A stretch of 64,000 nt of DNA from Somniosus microcephalus. Lineage: Eukaryota. The stretch spans positions 38,378,001-38,442,000 of the forward strand of contig CM126218.1 in NCBI GenBank assembly GCA_052327205.1. Reading direction: 5' to 3'. The position numbers and the translations under genes were made by a program. Under the pieces are notes generated by a model. It did no database searches and was not told where the DNA came from. It saw nothing but the letters and a program-made list of their open reading frames with translations. Numbering within the stretch: the stretch's first letter is position 1; each line of letters starts with the position of its first letter. Shown piece after piece: positions 60,473 through 64,000 of this stretch.

Positions 60473-60905
60473 AACAATGATAATTTGCATTTATAGAGCG
60501 CCTTTAACGTAGAAAAACGTCCCAAGGCAGTTCACAAGAGTGTCTTCAGACATTTGACACTGAGCCACCTATTAGGACAGGCGACCAAAAGCTTGGTCCA
60601 AGAAATAGGTTCTAAGGAATGTCTTAAAAGAGGGGAGGTAGAAAGGCAGAGAGGTTTAGGGAGGGAATTCCAGAGCTTAGGGCCTAGGCAGCTGAAGGCA
60701 CCGACCACCAATGGGGGAGCGATTAAAATCGGGAATGCGTACAAGGCCAGAAGTGGAGGAGCACAGATATCTCGGCAGGTTGTGGGGCTGGAATAGGTTA
60801 CCGAGATAGGGAGGGGCGAGGCCATGGAGGGATTTGAAAACAAGGATGAGAATTTTAAAAATTGGGGCGTTGCCAGACCTGGAGCCAATGGAGGTCAGCG
60901 AGCAC
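60473..60905 (-). mobile_element. L2 LINE 3' fragment
   Basis: Minus frames give FKILILVFKSLHGLAPPYL and AFSCLGPKLWNSLP. Tail caacaatgataatttgcatttatagagcgcc. Confidence 0.85.
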
Positions 60906-61224
60906 ATGTATTGTACCATGTCCACTGGTAGACAGGAACCTCTGTTGCAACTACTTCTTCCTCTCATCCATGCCAGTTTTCTGCTTTCCTCCTCCTGAGG
61001 CATTGATTTCTTGCTAAAGTGTTGTTCCATGGACACTGGTACCCTTTTGTGCAGATGTCAAGTGGGCATTATTCAAGTGTGAGCCTCAACAGTGAGTATT
61101 TTCAGGCTACTTAAACACATGAGCATCCTAGCCAGGGTGAAAATCCCGACAGATTTATCTCTCCCCAACCCAAGGGCATTGACACCAATTATCGCGCCCC
61201 AATTACTTCTGCGGCTGAGATTGA

Positions 61225-61395
61225 ATAACAACAACTTACATTTACATAGCGCATTTAACTTGTAAAATGTCCAAAGGCTCTTAACAAGAGCGATATCAAT
61301 AAAAAAACATTTTTGACACCGAACCACAGAAGGAGATATCAGGACAGATGGCCAAAAGCTTTATCAAAGAGGTAGGTTTTAAGGGGCATCTTAAA
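61225..61395 (-). mobile_element. L2-type 3' tail fragment
   Basis: ataacaacaacttacatttacatagcgcatttaac...aaagaggtaggttttaagg is related to 60473-60630. Confidence 0.75.
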
Positions 61396-61879
61396 AAAAG
61401 AATACACACCTGATTGAACCTGGAACCTTTCCAGTATGTATGGCTCACTGAATAAACTCGGAGCCATTGAAGGAACTATTCCACCGTTTTTATTGATAAA
61501 TGTTACTTACACATATTTGAGTCCTCATTTCCCCAGTTTTAAGCTTCATCTGCTTCTAGTAGTACAGGGCAGAAATAGTGGTGGAAGCAAGGATGGGCAA
61601 AAATAAATTGCTGCATCATCATTTCTTAAGAAAAAAGTTCACCATCATATCTGGTATAATTATTAATCTTTAATGGGGCCTTGTATGCAACAGAGCTTGT
61701 ATAAGTTCATGCTTTCCTTAAATAAACCAAAGACTGATAAAGTTAGTTGTTAGTGATTAATTCACTATACCATGTTTTAGAATAAACAACGAATACATAT
61801 GGGGAGTGTGCAATAAAACAGAAACCATAAAGATAGGGAGTACCTTCTAAACAGGTTTTCCCCTTTGATTTTTCTCTCC

Positions 61880-62285
61880 TTACTCCTCCTCTCCTGAAGG
61901 TGGTGACTGATGCTGAGGTACAGTTTGAGAAGTACTGGCTGTCCTCCAGTACCTCACCCAAGTGGCACAAGCCTGGCCAGTGAATTAGGTAGACAATTTA
62001 ACTATGCAAGCCAGCACAACTGAGTCTTATCCTGTTCTCAATGTCCATAAATGCAACTTTCCAGTGGGCGTTATTGGATATCGAATAGGCGAGGAAACCT
62101 TAGCTGATTTTCCTCTTCACTATTTCAGGGACATGTAAGCTAATTATAGTGCCTCTTCTCCTGATGCCACTATGGCCTAGATCAGCTATCTGAGCACAGA
62201 GTTGGAGTTAACCCTAGACTTTCTTCATCTATATGGCACAATAATACACCACAGAGGCCATTTACCCACTGAATGATAGGGTGAG
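61880..62285 (-). mobile_element. Degenerate SINE-like repeat
   Basis: Ends in gatcagctatctgagcacagag...catttacccactgaat, consistent with a reverse tRNA-like head. A related shorter piece lies near 61410-61470. Family not identified. Confidence 0.35.
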
Positions 62286-64000
62286 TTTGTGAAACTAATT
62301 TGAACAAATCAATTGGAAATCAGATTATTATATGCAAATTCAACTTATACAGTAGATTTTTAACAGGACTATCATTAAACCATTACAATAAAATACCTGC
62401 AAATGCAGAGACTATTTGCTCCACTCATTGAAACACAATTGAAAAGAAACTAAAATGACAGGCTTATGAGGCAAGACTGAAGTTTTATCATCAATCGTCT
62501 ATTTGGTATTTATAAAGTCAATCTGATTTTAATAACGACTTAATTTCCTTTTATATCTCAGAAGAATTATACTAAGCAACATGCAATAATAATTGTTCTA
62601 GAGGACAAAGAATGCACAAGAAATAAGCAGACAATTTTTTCATGACATGATTAATATTGCAGCAATTAGATGCTTTGTGACTGGTTGATCTCATGCTGCA
62701 ATAGAGCTTTACTTTTCAATACTGCTAGTTCTAAAATGATCGATTTATATTTGTATGAACAGATGTATAATTATTTGGTTTTGCATTGTAATAGATCACT
62801 TTTAATAAATTATAAATTCAAATTTTAATCAACATATAGAATAACAATTGAGTTGGAGAGTGCTGCCAGATTGCAACAAGATGAATTTTGACAGGAAAAA
62901 TGGCCTTTTCTTGTTTTGTTTCTGCCTCCATCTCTCCTTTCTCATGTAATAGAATCAAAGGGTTCAGATAACATTGCTTAAACCAGAGAAGTGGAGCTCA
63001 AGCAGTTTATTAAAAAAAAATCACTGGTACTACTCAAGACCGTGTTACAGTTTCTAACTCCCGATCGAGTTTTTTCATTTGGGTTGGTTTCATTTGCTAC
63101 TGTCACCCAATACCACCTACAGCTGCCACAGCATGCAGTGAGACACTACCAAAGGACTGGCAGACAGGGGGAGATGTAGGTTTTTGCCCCCAGTGTTTAA
63201 CATGCATATTCAATGTAGCATAGATATTACTGTACATTTACATTGCATTGGAATTAAGTAATCATACATCAGTACGTACCAGCAAGCAATGGGATTAATC
63301 ACTGTCCTTTTGGTGTTGGCTGAGCTTCTGTTCCTTGGGTCATTCAATGCCTTAAGCCCTCCCTCTCTAAAAGCAAAGCTTAGGAATTTATACCGCATAC
63401 ATTCTCTGATCATGGATTTGGGTACATTGGGTACATCTTTCCTCTCAATGTTTTCTTATTTTTCCTTTGGTATCATTACTGCTATCCTGTATGGCTTTTT
63501 CTTGAGCTGTGAAGATAGAACGTCTCACTCTGGCAGCTGCGAATGCTGCTTCCCGATCGGCTGACAGTTGGTAATGCTTTGTCCTCTTGAGACACGGTGC
63601 TGTGCATGTGTGCAGTGCTCCGTGGACCAGCTGAGAACTGGCAAATCTCACCCAGTGAGTGCAGGCGAGCTTAACTGACAGCCATGTCTGGGATTTAAAC
63701 TCTCCATCCCCCACACTGCAGCTTTCCTTTCCTAAATAATTGCAAAGAACCTTTTCGATATGGTCTGCTTTCCTTTACATTTTGTGGATTTCCATCAATA
63801 AGCTACTGTTTGTAAACATGAGGGGCCACTAAGGGTACACTGCACGAAGTAATTTGGGATGTCCTGAAGACATGAAAGGCACTTTATAAATGCAAATTCT
63901 TTCTTTTCTTTAAAATTGCAGCATTAATGTGAAGCAAAATTGCTTTGCATCGATGCTATAGTTGTAGTGTAAATGCATCCTAAGATTTCTTTAACTCACT

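Noticed and set aside
43748-64000. Preceding ANKS1B exon (first part of SAM2)
   Set aside because: No matching peptide seen. It probably lies beyond the window, which implies an intron longer than 20 kb.

Overview
Vertebrate genomic DNA, most likely from a cartilaginous fish (shark). This is inferred from the repeat mix: CR1 LINEs with (TCTATGTT)n-type tails, L2 tails, RTE LINEs, tRNA-headed SINEs and Penelope-like fragments. The window holds the 3' part of ANKS1B (AIDA-1/EB-1) on the minus strand. Eight GT-AG coding exons between 43747 and 14208, all phase 0, join into 332 aa: the end of SAM2, the PTB domain and the C-terminal KYETTIF PDZ ligand. A probable ~2.2 kb 3'UTR ends near 12020. I did not find the next upstream exon in the window. 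The introns and downstream region are rich in mobile elements. These include a near-intact, recently inserted 5.25 kb Ty3/Gypsy LTR retrotransposon (51379-56628) whose gag-pol frame is broken by one in-frame TAG, a solo LTR inside an RTE LINE, and two copies of a TIR element with AWT target-site duplications. There is also a TA-flanked palindromic Tigger-like MITE, a perfect 45-bp hairpin insertion with a 16-bp TSD, and a 1.65 kb CpG-rich 24-bp minisatellite. I see no convincing new biological system. The best leads are the Gypsy stop codon (readthrough or nonsense mutation), candidate cassette or alternative-C-terminus exons of ANKS1B, the hairpin insertion and the minisatellite structure. 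Family assignments come from motif recognition only, not database searches.
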